Positions 45,353 to 56,503 of a DNA stretch of 64,000 nucleotides are shown in pieces; positions within the stretch are counted from its first letter, which is position 1; every line of letters begins with the position of its first letter. The notes under the pieces were generated by a model that did not search any database, was not told where the DNA came from, and was given only the letters and a program-made list of their open reading frames with translations. Source of the DNA: an uncultured Nitrospinota bacterium. GTDB lineage: Bacteria; Tectomicrobia; Entotheonellia; J063; CAVPRW01. The stretch is taken from assembly GCA_963707985.1 (NCBI GenBank), contig CAVPRW010000017.1:192001-256000 (forward strand), read 5' to 3'. The position numbers and the translations under genes were made by a program.

Positions 45353-46142
45353 TTGCTCCTCTCATCCCCCGCCCGGTGCCTGCTGGCCATCTCCCAGAGC
45401 TTCACTTCTCGGACGAAGACACTATAGGCGTAACTCACCGCCATGATCAGACCTGGGAGGCCGTCGCGAAAGCCCTGTTTGAGCCCATAGTTGCGCAGCA
45501 AACGCCCCAGAGGGCGCATGACCAATGCGGTGCGACGAAACGGCTGACCTTGGTCCCATAAGTCAAGCGCGGCCAGCGTCAGTATAACGATCGAGGCGTT
45601 GGATGACATCGCTGATCCCCTGGTAACTGTGATGTTCGAGGGCATACCGCAAGCGCTCGACCGGTCCATCGAATCGCCACCGATTCGTGCACCCGCCGTG
45701 TCTTGAACTCTCCCTTGCCGCGCTTGAACAGGCGGATCTGATAATCGGGATACAGACCCCCATAGCGCAACCAGTACCCCCACAGATAGTTGCGTCGGGG
45801 CACGGCATAGCCATTGGCACGTGTGTCCAGCGGCTGTTGCTGCAGGATCGCGATCTCCTGACGCAACCCTTCGCTCACCCGTTCATCGGCATCCAGGCTG
45901 AGAATCCAGTCGCCAGTGGCGAGAGCTAGCGCCGTGTTCTTCGCCGGCGCATAGCCCTCCCAGGGACGGCTATACACGTGCGTCGTATATTTCGCGCAGA
46001 TCTCGAGCGTACGGTCAACGCTGCCCGTGTCCAGGACGATGATTTCATCCGCCCAGCGTACCGACTCCAAGCAGTCGCCGATCTGGGCTTCCTCGTCACG
46101 CGTGATGATCGTCACCGACAGCTTAGACGTGGGTAGGGTCAT
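45349..46142 (-). CDS. GT2 LPS core glycosyltransferase (WaaE/KdtX-like; frameshifted)
   Basis: DTGSVD, SLDADE, YPDYQIRLF, VHE, GFRDG. Confidence 0.82.
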
Positions 46143-46314
46143 CCAACCTGACCGCCTCATCGATGAGCATTACCGGAATGTTGTCACGGATCTCATATAG
46201 TAACCGACAGGCTTCACAGACCAGCCCGTTGCCATCTTTCGCCAAGCGAATGTCACCTTTACACTTAGGGCATGCCAAAATAGCTAAGAGCTCTTTATCG
46301 ATGGGCACGATCAT
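46123..46314 (-). CDS. Trm112/YcaR-like protein
   Basis: LLAILACPKCKG..LVC..C...IPVMLIDEA. Confidence 0.88.
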   Translation of the reverse strand: MIVPIDKELLAILACPKCKGDIRLAKDGNGLVCEACRLLYEIRDNIPVMLIDEAVRLDDPTHV

Positions 46315-46378
46315 GTCTCCTTCTCATCCTGAAGACCTCACACAGCCGTGTGCTCGAGGTCTGTGGTCGTCACTGACC

Positions 46379-47338
46379 CTAACGGTTTTTCGCGTGATGA
46401 TACAGATGGCAAACCCATTGCCATTCGGCTGCCAGCCCTTCACGTAAATCTACCTTCGGCTGATAGCCCAGGTGTTGCCTGGCCAGGGTTACATCCGCCA
46501 GTGTCTGACGCACATCGCCCTTCGCCACCGGGTGGATCTCCAGTTTCGCACGTTTTCCCGACACCTCTTCACAGACCCCGATGGCCTCGTTCAGCGTCAC
46601 GGTCGCGCCGCCGCCGATATTCAAGGCTCCACCGACCACGGTCGCTTGGGACGCCAAAATATTGGCTTCCACGATATCGTCGATGAAGGTAAAGTCACGG
46701 GTCTGTTCCCCATCGCCATAGATCGGGATCGGCCGATCGTCCAGTAACAAATGGAAAAAGTGGTGAAACGCCATATCCGGCCGCTGGCGCGGGCCATAGA
46801 CTGTAAAATAGCGCAACGAAATGGTAGGAACGCCGTAGTTCTTCCAATACAGATAGCACAAATGTTCGGCTGACAGTTTGGACACGCCGTAGGGCGAGAG
46901 CGGTTTCGGGAGGGCATCTTCTCGCATCGGCAGGGTCGTGACATCCCCGTAGACCGAGGAGGATGAGGCATAGACGAACTTGCGCAGTGCGCGAGGTTTG
47001 GCGGCTTCGAGGAGCTGCTGGGTGCCGAGGATATTCAGCGATGTGTAGTCGGCGAACTCTTTCCCCCAGCTCGCCCGGACGCCGGCCTGGGCGGCCTGAT
47101 GAAAGATACATTCGATCCCCTGCGCCAGGATGTCCGGCAGGTCGACGTCCAGGAGGTTGGCCTCGATGAAATGGAACTGAGGATGGGAGCGCAGCCCCTC
47201 CAGGTTCTTTTCCTTGATCCACCGGGGATAGTATGGCACGAAGCAGTCGATCCCAATGACCTCATGGCGCTCGCGCAACAACCGCTCGGCTAGGTGTGAT
47301 CCGACAAAGCCAGCGGCTCCGGTGACAAGACACTTCAT
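46379..47338 (-). CDS. NAD-dependent nucleotide-sugar epimerase/dehydratase
   Basis: GAAGFVG, AAQAGVR, YGVSK, YGPRQRPDMA. Confidence 0.92.
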   Translation of the reverse strand: MKCLVTGAAGFVGSHLAERLLRERHEVIGIDCFVPYYPRWIKEKNLEGLRSHPQFHFIEANLLDVDLPDILAQGIECIFHQAAQAGVRASWGKEFADYTSLNILGTQQLLEAAKPRALRKFVYASSSSVYGDVTTLPMREDALPKPLSPYGVSKLSAEHLCYLYWKNYGVPTISLRYFTVYGPRQRPDMAFHHFFHLLLDDRPIPIYGDGEQTRDFTFIDDIVEANILASQATVVGGALNIGGGATVTLNEAIGVCEEVSGKRAKLEIHPVAKGDVRQTLADVTLARQHLGYQPKVDLREGLAAEWQWVCHLYHHAKNR

Positions 47339-48429
47339 ACAAGTCCTTTCTCAACCAAGACAGCCGTATACACGGCTGCCGTCCGGTCGATCGTATGCTC
47401 CAACCCATAGTGGGTGTCAATCAAATGCCCACCGGCCTGCGCCCAGGCAGCCGCCGACTGGGGATGGCACAGCACCCGCACGACCGCATCGGCGAGGGCT
47501 TGTGGATCGTTGGGGGGCACAAGCACGCCTGTACGCTGGTGTTGTATCACCTCTGGGATACCCCCAACGGCACTCGCGACTACCGGCTTCCGCATCGCCA
47601 GAGCCTGCATAACGACCTGTGGCACACCATCGGACCTGATCGACGGCAAGACAACCACATCCATGGCGGCCATGCAGGCCGGGATGTCCTCCCGAAAGCC
47701 GACCATATGTACCTTGGCCTGGACACCCGCCTCGGCGACTTCCTGTTGCAGGGTCACACGTCCCACACCGTCACCAACCCATAAAAACACCGCCCTGGGC
47801 TCGTGCCTAAGGATCTCGGGCAGTGCCCGTAAGAGCACCCGGTGTCCCTTGGCATGTCGAAACATCGCCACCGTCCCGATGACCGGCCCGTCGAGGCCAA
47901 ACTCTCGCCGCACTGCAGTCCCCGAGACGGCTGGATGAAACTGTGCTGTATCCACCCCTGCCGGTATGGCGACGATCTTGTCGGCGTCGACGCCGGCCGT
48001 GACGAGGACTTCCCGAATGGCATCTCCACTGGAGATGATGCGATCACAGAGGGCATTATACACAAAATTCCGACGGCGTTTCACTGGGATGGACACATGG
48101 CGACTGCGCACCACTGGCAAACGTAAGGATTTCGCGGCAAACCCGGCGAGCCAGGCATCGACTGAGCTGTGCGTATGGACCAGGTCGACCGCCTCGGTTC
48201 GCATCAACCGGTGAAAATGCCAGCACGCCCGCACATCAAGAGCCCCACGCATGGTTATAAGCCGCACGGGCAGCCCGCGACGTTGGGCTTCACGGCTCAG
48301 GGGAGTATCAGGCTGACAGGCGATCAGGACGCGAAAGCCGCGCTTGGCAAAGATAGATGCTTCGCTAAGGAGGCGGATTTCCTGTCCACCCCAGCCGGGG
48401 GAGGCTTCGGTATGCAAAATCGTCAACAT
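47335..48429 (-). CDS. GT4 glycosyltransferase
   Basis: GWGGQE, HTHSS.D, DGVPQVVMQA. Confidence 0.9.
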   Translation of the reverse strand: MLTILHTEASPGWGGQEIRLLSEASIFAKRGFRVLIACQPDTPLSREAQRRGLPVRLITMRGALDVRACWHFHRLMRTEAVDLVHTHSSVDAWLAGFAAKSLRLPVVRSRHVSIPVKRRRNFVYNALCDRIISSGDAIREVLVTAGVDADKIVAIPAGVDTAQFHPAVSGTAVRREFGLDGPVIGTVAMFRHAKGHRVLLRALPEILRHEPRAVFLWVGDGVGRVTLQQEVAEAGVQAKVHMVGFREDIPACMAAMDVVVLPSIRSDGVPQVVMQALAMRKPVVASAVGGIPEVIQHQRTGVLVPPNDPQALADAVVRVLCHPQSAAAWAQAGGHLIDTHYGLEHTIDRTAAVYTAVLVEKGLV

Positions 48430-48430
48430 G

Positions 48431-49969
48431 TCAATATCGGACCTGAGGGGGGCGCGGTGGCACGCCTGAGAATCCCCAACATGGAAAGAGATAGAATCGT
48501 TTTAACTCGAATCCCAGTGCCTCGATGATCACCGGCTTGCCTCCATCGCAGCGTTGAAATGTGGCCCGTAAAGCCTGAGGCAGTTCAGCATTTTCCGGTT
48601 GAACGTAGATGGCATCATGCCCCGCAAGCGACGGCAAGCCATCCCACAGATCGTACTGATTCATCCGCCGCCCCAGGTTGACATTAAATGCTTGTGGTTG
48701 TCCCCGAACATAAAACGCCAGCTCACTGCTGATCTGGTAGCGATCGCTGAGCAAGAACGGTGGCTTGGGCATTTGCCCCGCGAGTGTCTCGACCGCCTTG
48801 GCCAGCGTCTGCCAACCCTTAAGACGTGCCAGGGGATCGGCGCTGGGCTGCAATCCCAGCCGGACGAACAGGGCGGGGTCGTGCAACGCCGCAGTCATTC
48901 CCAAAGCCAGCAGAATCACCAGGCCTGCCCCCGCTAGCTCCAGATGCTTCCACAACCCTGCCGGCATCGCCTGCCATCGGTACCAGACATATGCTATGGC
49001 CGCGATAAAGGAGGTGATATAAGCCGGCGCTGCCCAGTTGGCCTGCACCTTCTGGCGCAGACTAAGCACCAACATAAGGCTGAACGTCGGCGCCCATCCC
49101 CAAAACAAGAAGAGCCAGCGGTCATCTCGCTGACGTAGCCCTTCCCACAGGCATAGGACCATGGCGATCAGCATCCAGCCGAAGAACAGCGGGGACAGTG
49201 CCAAAGCTTGAGAGCCCAGAAACTCCCCAAACGTGTCAAGGGAGAGCTGCAGGGATAGCCCCTGATGCACGTCTGCCTGGCCCATCACATGTTTCAACGA
49301 CACCGCGCCGTGGTACAGATTCCAGATGATCACCGGGCTAAACCCTGCTAGCCCAATGGCCAGCATCACATAAGGCTCCTTGCGGCGCAGCCAGCTGCGA
49401 TAGCGCGGCGAGGTCACCAGAAAGAGCCACACGGTGAGGACTACATAGCCCATCGCATACTTGCTCAACAGACCACACGCCAGGGCAATCCCGGCAGCAT
49501 ACCAGTATGTCGTGCGCTCTTCCGACAGGGCACGATAGACCAACCACAGCATAAGGGTCCAAAAGAAGATCAATGGTGGGTCGATCGTCATCAGCAATGC
49601 ACCTGCGGCAAATAACGGAATGCACTGCAAGACCACGGCCGTGGCCAGCGCCAGTCTGGCATCGGAGAAGAGTGCCATGATGAGGCCGAACACGCACACT
49701 GTCGTCCCAGCAGAGAGGACGACGGCCGGAAGGCGCACGAAAAGCTCCGTCGGCCCGCCCAGAGTGGTCGACAGGGCAATCAGATACGCGACGAATGGAC
49801 CCTTGCTATAATAGCTCCAGTCCAGACGGCGCGACCATTCCCAGTAGTGGGCCTCATCGGGTGAGAGCTCCAGATACCCTTGGTGCACATACCACAGTCG
49901 GGCTGCCGTCACCACTACCAAGAAACCGCCCAGGCTCAAATACGCCCAGCGATCAGACTTCCATCCCAT
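48431..49969 (-). CDS. ArnT/PMT-family (GT-C) glycosyltransferase
   Basis: DEAHYWEWS..L.WSYY.K, TIDPP, SKY; multi-TM. Confidence 0.85.
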   Translation of the reverse strand: MGWKSDRWAYLSLGGFLVVVTAARLWYVHQGYLELSPDEAHYWEWSRRLDWSYYSKGPFVAYLIALSTTLGGPTELFVRLPAVVLSAGTTVCVFGLIMALFSDARLALATAVVLQCIPLFAAGALLMTIDPPLIFFWTLMLWLVYRALSEERTTYWYAAGIALACGLLSKYAMGYVVLTVWLFLVTSPRYRSWLRRKEPYVMLAIGLAGFSPVIIWNLYHGAVSLKHVMGQADVHQGLSLQLSLDTFGEFLGSQALALSPLFFGWMLIAMVLCLWEGLRQRDDRWLFLFWGWAPTFSLMLVLSLRQKVQANWAAPAYITSFIAAIAYVWYRWQAMPAGLWKHLELAGAGLVILLALGMTAALHDPALFVRLGLQPSADPLARLKGWQTLAKAVETLAGQMPKPPFLLSDRYQISSELAFYVRGQPQAFNVNLGRRMNQYDLWDGLPSLAGHDAIYVQPENAELPQALRATFQRCDGGKPVIIEALGFELKRFYLFPCWGFSGVPPRPPQVRY

Positions 49970-51266
49970 GCACTCGTGCCTTTCGATCTGCCCCCATCAC
50001 CACATACGGGAGCGCCATGAGAAAATAGACCAGCATAATGACCTCTGAGTCCCCGAAGGTAAACTCGAACAAGCCCGCGACATGAAAGCCGGTGACGCTC
50101 GCCAGGCTGCCGACGACCAGCGCCGAGGCTCGAAAGGTCCCAGGTTCCAGAGCGCGGAAAATCCTCCAGGCCTGATGATAAAAAGCCACCCAGATCCACA
50201 GCCAGCAGACGACTCCGATAAGGCCTCGTTCAGCGGCTATCTGAAAGAGATTGCTGTGCAAATGCGCGCGTTGATCGCGCACGGCGTCCGGATGTTTATA
50301 CGCCTGATAGACACCTTTGACCCCATTGATTCCCACGCCTGTCCAAGGGTGATCCCGGACGATCTGGATCCCGCTGCCCCACATGTACAGGCGCTCCCTA
50401 GCGGTCACATCCTGGGGGTCGCCGATGCTGCGAATACGCGCGCGGACAGCTTCGGGCGCTGCCAGAAAAATCGCCACGGCTACCACCGGGAGGGCCAGGA
50501 GAAGACGCTTTTGGCGACAGCCCAAGATGAGAGCTCCCCCTGCAGCGAATCCCATCCAGGCGCCGCGGGTGTGCGTCATCACCAGTGTGGCGATTAATAA
50601 CGGCAACGAGCCGACCAGCCCCCAGAACCACCGTCCTCGGGGGAGGAACAGGATCTGGGCGGTGGCCATGAGCGCGCTCAGCATCAGGATGCCGGCAAAT
50701 GTCATATAAATGCTCATCGTCCCATGCACGCGGAAGGTCGCACCTCCGACGATGGATTGCGTCAGGCCATAGACCGCCATCAGGGTCGCTGCGGCAATCA
50801 GGATAGAACTGAAAGTGGTAGCGCGCTCATCACTGCTGACCTGATTTACCAGCAAGAAAAAAAATGCTGGCTCGAAGACATTGCGGAGCTCTTTGAGGCT
50901 CAGCCATGGATCCGTGGCCGTCGCCGAGGCAAGGATGGATGCCAGGTAAAATGCTGCCATAGGCAAGAGCAGCGGCAAGTACAGCACCCGGCTGTTTGGT
51001 GTACGCACCAATTTGACAAGCCAGGCGGCCTGCGCCACCAAGATGGCGGCCTGCGCCCCGGTGATGGACACCACCGAACAGAGGAGAAATCCTACGATGG
51101 CCCCATCGATGATGCGATCCAAGACCTGTGCCGACCAGCGCCACGTGCCGATTCCCGGCTGAAGGCAGCGCATCAGCGCCACGTGGGACAATTTCGGTCT
51201 GAGCGATTCTGCCATCGTGATGGTTCCAGGACCTCGACCGACGGTTGTGCCATGGGCCTCTATCAA
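49953..51266 (-). CDS. O-antigen ligase family protein
   Basis: TRGAW, R..MW..G, PWTGVG, HLHSN..Q..AERG. Confidence 0.85.
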   Translation of the reverse strand: MIEAHGTTVGRGPGTITMAESLRPKLSHVALMRCLQPGIGTWRWSAQVLDRIIDGAIVGFLLCSVVSITGAQAAILVAQAAWLVKLVRTPNSRVLYLPLLLPMAAFYLASILASATATDPWLSLKELRNVFEPAFFFLLVNQVSSDERATTFSSILIAAATLMAVYGLTQSIVGGATFRVHGTMSIYMTFAGILMLSALMATAQILFLPRGRWFWGLVGSLPLLIATLVMTHTRGAWMGFAAGGALILGCRQKRLLLALPVVAVAIFLAAPEAVRARIRSIGDPQDVTARERLYMWGSGIQIVRDHPWTGVGINGVKGVYQAYKHPDAVRDQRAHLHSNLFQIAAERGLIGVVCWLWIWVAFYHQAWRIFRALEPGTFRASALVVGSLASVTGFHVAGLFEFTFGDSEVIMLVYFLMALPYVVMGADRKARVHGMEV

Positions 51267-51853
51267 TCCCTCATCTTAAGGGGGAACATGCGACGGCGTT
51301 TGGCGGTCTCGGTGGCGAGGGGCCATAGGACGTTCATGGCCCCAGAGAACGCCACGGCGACGGCGATGCCCAAGAGGCTGCCGGCCAGGACATCGAGTGG
51401 ATAATGGACGCCGACGTAGACGCGGGAATACCCGACCAGGAAGGCCAATGCCACCGCCGGTAACGATAACCGCGGCATGTAGAGGGTGGCAAGAGTTGCG
51501 AGGACGCTGGCATTGACAGCATGATTGGAGGGAAATGAGGGATGATTCGTGCAGCCCACCAGCAGCCGAACATCCGCCAGCGCGATGCATGGGCGTGCCC
51601 GCCCGAACTTATATTTGAAGATATGGGTGCCGATCGCATCTGCGACCACGACGCTGACCACCGCCAGCACCAGGAAGCGTAGTCCACGCACGCGCCCCAG
51701 CAGGACGATGATGACGGCTGCGACGGCAAATGGCAGCACAAAATTTCCAGCATCGGTCACAAATGGCAACAAACGATCGAGGATCGGATTGAACCAATGC
51801 CCATTGAGCAGGCGAAAAGTACGTTCATCCCACTGCAGGGAAGCCTCTAACAT
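51263..51853 (-). CDS. PAP2 phosphatase (lipid A or undecaprenyl-PP phosphatase-like)
   Basis: K...GRARP, FPSNH, SRVYVGVHYP.D. Confidence 0.9.
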   Translation of the reverse strand: MLEASLQWDERTFRLLNGHWFNPILDRLLPFVTDAGNFVLPFAVAAVIIVLLGRVRGLRFLVLAVVSVVVADAIGTHIFKYKFGRARPCIALADVRLLVGCTNHPSFPSNHAVNASVLATLATLYMPRLSLPAVALAFLVGYSRVYVGVHYPLDVLAGSLLGIAVAVAFSGAMNVLWPLATETAKRRRMFPLKMRD

Positions 51854-52626
51854 TGTCCAACCCTTGCCCCAGCGGCCGTGGACTCGGGCGCAATGATTTC
51901 GTAGCGGAGTTGACGACTCTGCATCCAGCGCACCGCCAACAGGTCTAGTAAGGCCCGCCAGGCACGATTGCGCGTGTTATATTTCGACTGCCCATACTGG
52001 CGAGGATGATGACGTACCGGAACCTGGCCGATGTGAAAGCCCTCGATCTGTAACAACACCGGGAGGAATCGATGCATGCCGTTGTACAGCTTAATGGACG
52101 CCAGACAATGCCGTCGATAAGCCCGCAGCGAACACCCGACATCGATGATGTCATCGCGCAACACGCGGCGGCGGAGGCCATTGGCAAACGTCGAGGACAT
52201 CCGCCGCACCCAGGTATCTTGCCGACCCTGCCGAATGCCACAGACGACATCGTAATCTTTGAGCATCTCGAGCACACGTGGGATATCACGAGGATCATTC
52301 TGCAGGTCGGCATCCAGCGTGATCACGACGCGCCCGCGGGCCTGCTTGAAGCCGGCATTCAGTGCGGCACTCTGTCCAGCGTTGTGCCGAAAGCGGATGG
52401 CACGCACCTCCAGCTGCGTTGCCTCGAGCTGGCGCAATACCTGTGGCGTCTGATCCCTGCTGCCGTCATCCACAAAGAGAAGCTCGTAGGCTATGTCATG
52501 CGCCGCAAGCGTCTCGCGAATCGCCGCGGCAAGCGGCATGAGACTCTCTGCCTCGTTATAGGCGGGGATGACTAGGGAGAGTTCTGGGGGGGGTGAGGGA
52601 TGTGCGACCGTTGCGTCCCAATCCAT
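51847..52626 (-). CDS. GT2 polyprenyl-phosphate glycosyltransferase (ArnC/DPM-like)
   Basis: IPAYNE, DDGS, DADLQNDP, MHRFLP. Confidence 0.88.
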   Translation of the reverse strand: MDWDATVAHPSPPPELSLVIPAYNEAESLMPLAAAIRETLAAHDIAYELLFVDDGSRDQTPQVLRQLEATQLEVRAIRFRHNAGQSAALNAGFKQARGRVVITLDADLQNDPRDIPRVLEMLKDYDVVCGIRQGRQDTWVRRMSSTFANGLRRRVLRDDIIDVGCSLRAYRRHCLASIKLYNGMHRFLPVLLQIEGFHIGQVPVRHHPRQYGQSKYNTRNRAWRALLDLLAVRWMQSRQLRYEIIAPESTAAGARVGQC

Positions 52627-53683
52627 CCGACCCATCCTTTTCGAGGAGGCTGCCCACAGCGTTGACGACCATGTCAACCTCGATGCTAGGGAGACACTCC
52701 CAATGAGTGCAGGTCCGCAGGTAGCAGTGGCTACAAGAAAGTTCTCGATGCAAGACCACATGCCCCGGTCCGTATGGCCCATTACGCTGTGGGCTAGACG
52801 GACCGAAGAGCGCCACAGTCGATGTCCCCACAGCGGCAGCGAGATGCAGCGGTCCAGTATCGCCGCCGACAAAGACCCGACTGCGGGCGATCAGAGCTGC
52901 CAGTTGCAGGAGCGTGGTAGCCGGGGCGATGGCCGGAGTATAAGCCGTGGCCCGCACCACACGTTGAATGAGGGCCTCTTCACCTGGTCCCCAGGTGAGC
53001 AGGGTTCGCACCTGATAGCGACGAATCAGCGCATCATTGAGGCGCGCGAAGTTCAGATCGCCCCACTGCTTGGTCTCCCACGCGGCACCGGGGCACAGGA
53101 CCACGACCGGCACATCTGATCTCAGCCCCAATTCTCGCCACACCCGCTCCGCGAAGTGTTCATCCGCCTCGGTGAGCGGAATGGTGAAGCGGCGCTCGGT
53201 CGTCGTCACGTCAAGCGCTTTCAGGAGCTCTACCGATTGGTCCACGACGTGCCCACGCGGATCGACAAGTGGTCCATGCATATTGCTAAAGACAGCACTC
53301 AGGGGCTCGCGACACATCTGACGCGGGAAACCCAAGCGTCGTGGTGCGCCACTGCTATACGCGAACAGCGCGCTCTTGAACAGTCCCTGGAAATCAATGC
53401 ACAAATCAAAGCTCGCTCGCCTAAGGTGGCGGGTGACGTACCAGATGTGTCGCAGCCCCACACACCAATTCGCTCGCCAGCTGTGCGTATCAACGGTGAT
53501 CAATTCATCCAGGTCGGGATTACCACGGAGCAGGTTGGCTCCGGCTCTCTCCACCAACCATGCCAGCCAGGCCTCTGGGTAGGCGCGCCGGAGTGCTGCT
53601 ACAGCTGGCAGTGTATGGATGATATCACCAATCGCACTGAGCTTGACGACCAGGATCCGTTCATACCCATGACGTGACGCCAT
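52556..53683 (-). CDS. waaC: Heptosyltransferase I (GT9)
   Basis: KLSAIGDIIH, DFQGLFKSA, DTGPLHLAAA. Confidence 0.85.
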   Translation of the reverse strand: MASRHGYERILVVKLSAIGDIIHTLPAVAALRRAYPEAWLAWLVERAGANLLRGNPDLDELITVDTHSWRANWCVGLRHIWYVTRHLRRASFDLCIDFQGLFKSALFAYSSGAPRRLGFPRQMCREPLSAVFSNMHGPLVDPRGHVVDQSVELLKALDVTTTERRFTIPLTEADEHFAERVWRELGLRSDVPVVVLCPGAAWETKQWGDLNFARLNDALIRRYQVRTLLTWGPGEEALIQRVVRATAYTPAIAPATTLLQLAALIARSRVFVGGDTGPLHLAAAVGTSTVALFGPSSPQRNGPYGPGHVVLHRELSCSHCYLRTCTHWECLPSIEVDMVVNAVGSLLEKDGSDGLGRNGRTSLTPPRTLPSHPRL

Positions 53684-53694
53684 GTTCTCCGGCC

Positions 53695-54723
53695 TTACCC
53701 GAGGATATCCAATACCGCTCGATAGACGTCGTCGACCTCGATGTAGCGCATGCAGGGATGGTCTGTGTAGGGACATGTGGTGCGGAAACACGGGGAACAG
53801 GCCAGGTCGTGATGCAGCACCGTGGCGGGTGAGGCACTAGGAGCCGTTCGACGTGGATCGGTTGGCCCAAAGAGCGCCACAACACGTGTCCCAACAGCAT
53901 TAGCGATGTGCATTGAGCCCGAGTCGTTGGCGATCACCACCGCGCAACGGGCAGCCAAGGCCATGAAGGACCCCAGGGTATCCTTGCCCGCGAGTGATAC
54001 GGCTTTGCGGGTCATCTGGGCTCGAATGCGGTTCACGAGTAGGACCTCGTCGGGGCTCCCGAAAAAGACCACACGAAAGCGGCCTGAGGCGAGCAACCGA
54101 TCTGCTAACGCGGCAAACCGCTCGGGCCACCAGCGCTTGGACGGACCGAAGGCGGCTCCCGGGCAGATGCCGATGACCTGATCTGTACGGCCCCAGCCAT
54201 GGACAGCCCATAGGTGCTCCGCCTGCATTTCGGCTCGCATCGTCGGTACCAGCCTTGGGACGCGCTCGACGATCGGTAGCCCCATCCCAGCAATCAGCTG
54301 CAGATACGCATCGATCAGATGTGGCGGCTGCCCCTCTGCCGCCTGGACCGCATGCGTGAGCAACCAGCGACGCCCATCAGTGGCATAACCAAGGCGTATC
54401 GGCGATCTCAGAAGCCAGGCATCCAACGCAGCGCGGAATGAGTTCGGCAACAATAACACCATCTGGTAGCCACAGCCACGCAAGGCGATGACCTGTGCCA
54501 GGCGTGTGCGCCATGGCTGGCGATCGTCGCGGACGACCACTCGATCGATATGGGGGTGGTCGTCGAACAGAGGCGCCACGCGGCGGGGCACGAGGAGATC
54601 GATTCTTGCCTTGGGTAGCCCACGCCGTAGATTCGCCAGCGCCGGCATACTCATCACCGCGTCGCCGATCCAATTGGGGCCGATTACCAACACGGCCTCG
54701 AGGTCGGGTGATGACCGCTGCAT
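53695..54723 (-). CDS. waaF: Heptosyltransferase II (GT9)
   Basis: PNWIGDAVMS, PNSFRAA, PGAAFGPSKRW, NDSG.MH. Confidence 0.9.
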   Translation of the reverse strand: MQRSSPDLEAVLVIGPNWIGDAVMSMPALANLRRGLPKARIDLLVPRRVAPLFDDHPHIDRVVVRDDRQPWRTRLAQVIALRGCGYQMVLLLPNSFRAALDAWLLRSPIRLGYATDGRRWLLTHAVQAAEGQPPHLIDAYLQLIAGMGLPIVERVPRLVPTMRAEMQAEHLWAVHGWGRTDQVIGICPGAAFGPSKRWWPERFAALADRLLASGRFRVVFFGSPDEVLLVNRIRAQMTRKAVSLAGKDTLGSFMALAARCAVVIANDSGSMHIANAVGTRVVALFGPTDPRRTAPSASPATVLHHDLACSPCFRTTCPYTDHPCMRYIEVDDVYRAVLDILG

Positions 54724-55073
54724 CGGACACGCTCCGCATCACTATTCCCGGACAGTTCAACTTCATGAGAGGCTTGACAGTACCACAGGCATGGGGGGCT
54801 GTCAATGACCGAGCCCACCGTCGCTGGTCCATTCGATTGGCTGGTATGTGTCTCTAGAGAGGACAGATCGAGCCTGGACGCACGCATTGACGCGCTATGG
54901 GTGCTTGTTGAAGGCTATGCGCTCCGTCAGGCGTTAACGCTCTGTACAAGGAATCAAAGAGACCAGTCTCGTATCAGTCGGGTTCGCCCTTGTCTCAGAT
55001 GGCCTCATAGGAGTATAAGAGAGACGCATCATGGCTACTGTCATCCGTGCGGCTTTTAACAGAGGAGGCGCAG

Positions 55074-55523
55074 ATGCTTGCTGAGGCCCAAGCCCTGTGT
55101 GATCAATTCGAGCAGGTCAACAACGAGATCTTCAAGTGGGCAGAAGGACTTACCGACGACCAGCTCAACTGGAAGCCGTCAGGCAAGGATACGAACTCCA
55201 TCGGCATCCTGATGAGCCACATCATGGGAGTTGAGATATTCCAGGTGGCGGAACGTGTGGGCGGACAATCGGTCAACCGCGATCGTGCCTCCGAATTCGC
55301 CAATCGAGCGACACGGGAGGCGCTCGTGCAACGGCGTGCAGAGGTTGAGAAGTTGCTGCGCGAGACGTTCGACAAGCTGACCCCGGCCGATCTGAGTCGT
55401 ACGCTCCGAACTCCGAACGGGGAAGTTCCCATCATAAAGTCTCTGATTAACAGTGTCTCCCATGTCTCGGACCATATGGGGCAGGTGATCCTGACCCGCA
55501 AGTTGCTTAATGCCCAACAATGA
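55074..55523 (+). CDS. DinB family protein
   Basis: LNWKP..NSIG.L..H, H..DH.GQ; RBS GAGGAGG. Confidence 0.82.
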   Translation: MLAEAQALCDQFEQVNNEIFKWAEGLTDDQLNWKPSGKDTNSIGILMSHIMGVEIFQVAERVGGQSVNRDRASEFANRATREALVQRRAEVEKLLRETFDKLTPADLSRTLRTPNGEVPIIKSLINSVSHVSDHMGQVILTRKLLNAQQ

Positions 55524-55853
55524 TATGGCTTTCGGTGCGTAGGTCGCGTCTGAACCCGACGCACATAGCCTGCACCCCACCTGGGTGGCGGCTTCTCAAC
55601 CTCGAGTGATGCGCTTGCACCCGATCCCTTGAGCGGCCGCTAGCCCCAAACAGTCATCTCAGGCGTTGAATCGTCTGCGACCTCATTACAAGGACTCACC
55701 ACGTTGTGGACCAGCAATCGCCCCTCTGACCACCAGGATTCACTCTAGCGGTGTGGCCTCCCCACGCCTTGCGATGTGCGTATCGGCCCATGGCATCCCC
55801 TCGATTGCCGGTAGGGGTCTAAGTCCCGACCTGGCCGCGTAGCCGAACGGCTT

Positions 55854-55869
55854 CGGCATGAATCTTGCC
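55854..55869 (+). promoter_or_regulatory. Putative sigma54 promoter
   Basis: CGGCATGAATCTTGCC (GG-N10-GC), ~58 bp before ATG 55927. Confidence 0.5.
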
Positions 55870-55926
55870 TTATGATATCTCGCAAGGTCTAGCAGTAACG
55901 TCTCGCACATACAGGAGGAGAGGAGT

Positions 55927-56311
55927 ATGACACGGAGAAGGGCGTTGTCGGTGACAGTTATTGGTGTCGTATGTCTGGCAGTCAGCATGGCTACATGGGT
56001 GATGCCGCTCGCATCTGATGCTGGAGGGGTGCGTTTTTCAATCGGTATTGGCATTCCGGCCCCCGTGTACGTTGCACCCCCGCCCATTGTCGTCCACCCA
56101 GCGCCGGTGATCGTCCAGCCAGCCCCCGGCATCGTGTACCCTGGGGTGGTGTATCCACCGCCTGTGGCGTACACAGTCCCTTACGGCGTCATATGGGCAT
56201 CCAGTGCCGCCGGTCATCGTGAAACAACCTCGGGGCTATTATCCGGCGTACGGTTATAAGTTCTACAAACACGGGAAGCCTGGTCGGTGGCATCATCGTC
56301 ACGATGATTGA
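55927..56311 (+). CDS. Small secreted Pro/Val/Tyr-rich protein (frameshifted tail)
   Basis: Signal peptide, GVRFSIGIGIPAPVYVAPPP; His/Arg-rich tail in another frame. Confidence 0.6.
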
Positions 56312-56503
56312 CCTCCGTGCATGGTTCGGCCGCCTCAAGGCCAGCCGCTGAGAGGCTGAAAAAATTACAATGTCTAGCATTATTTGCGAGTTCGTTCAAC
56401 CTCTCACCGAATCGGTGGCCGAACCATGCGAACCCGGTCTGTCACCCCTGTCCGACGACTTACCCCTGGGCTGGAGCGTTTGGTCTCTGTGGGGCGAGCG
56501 TTC

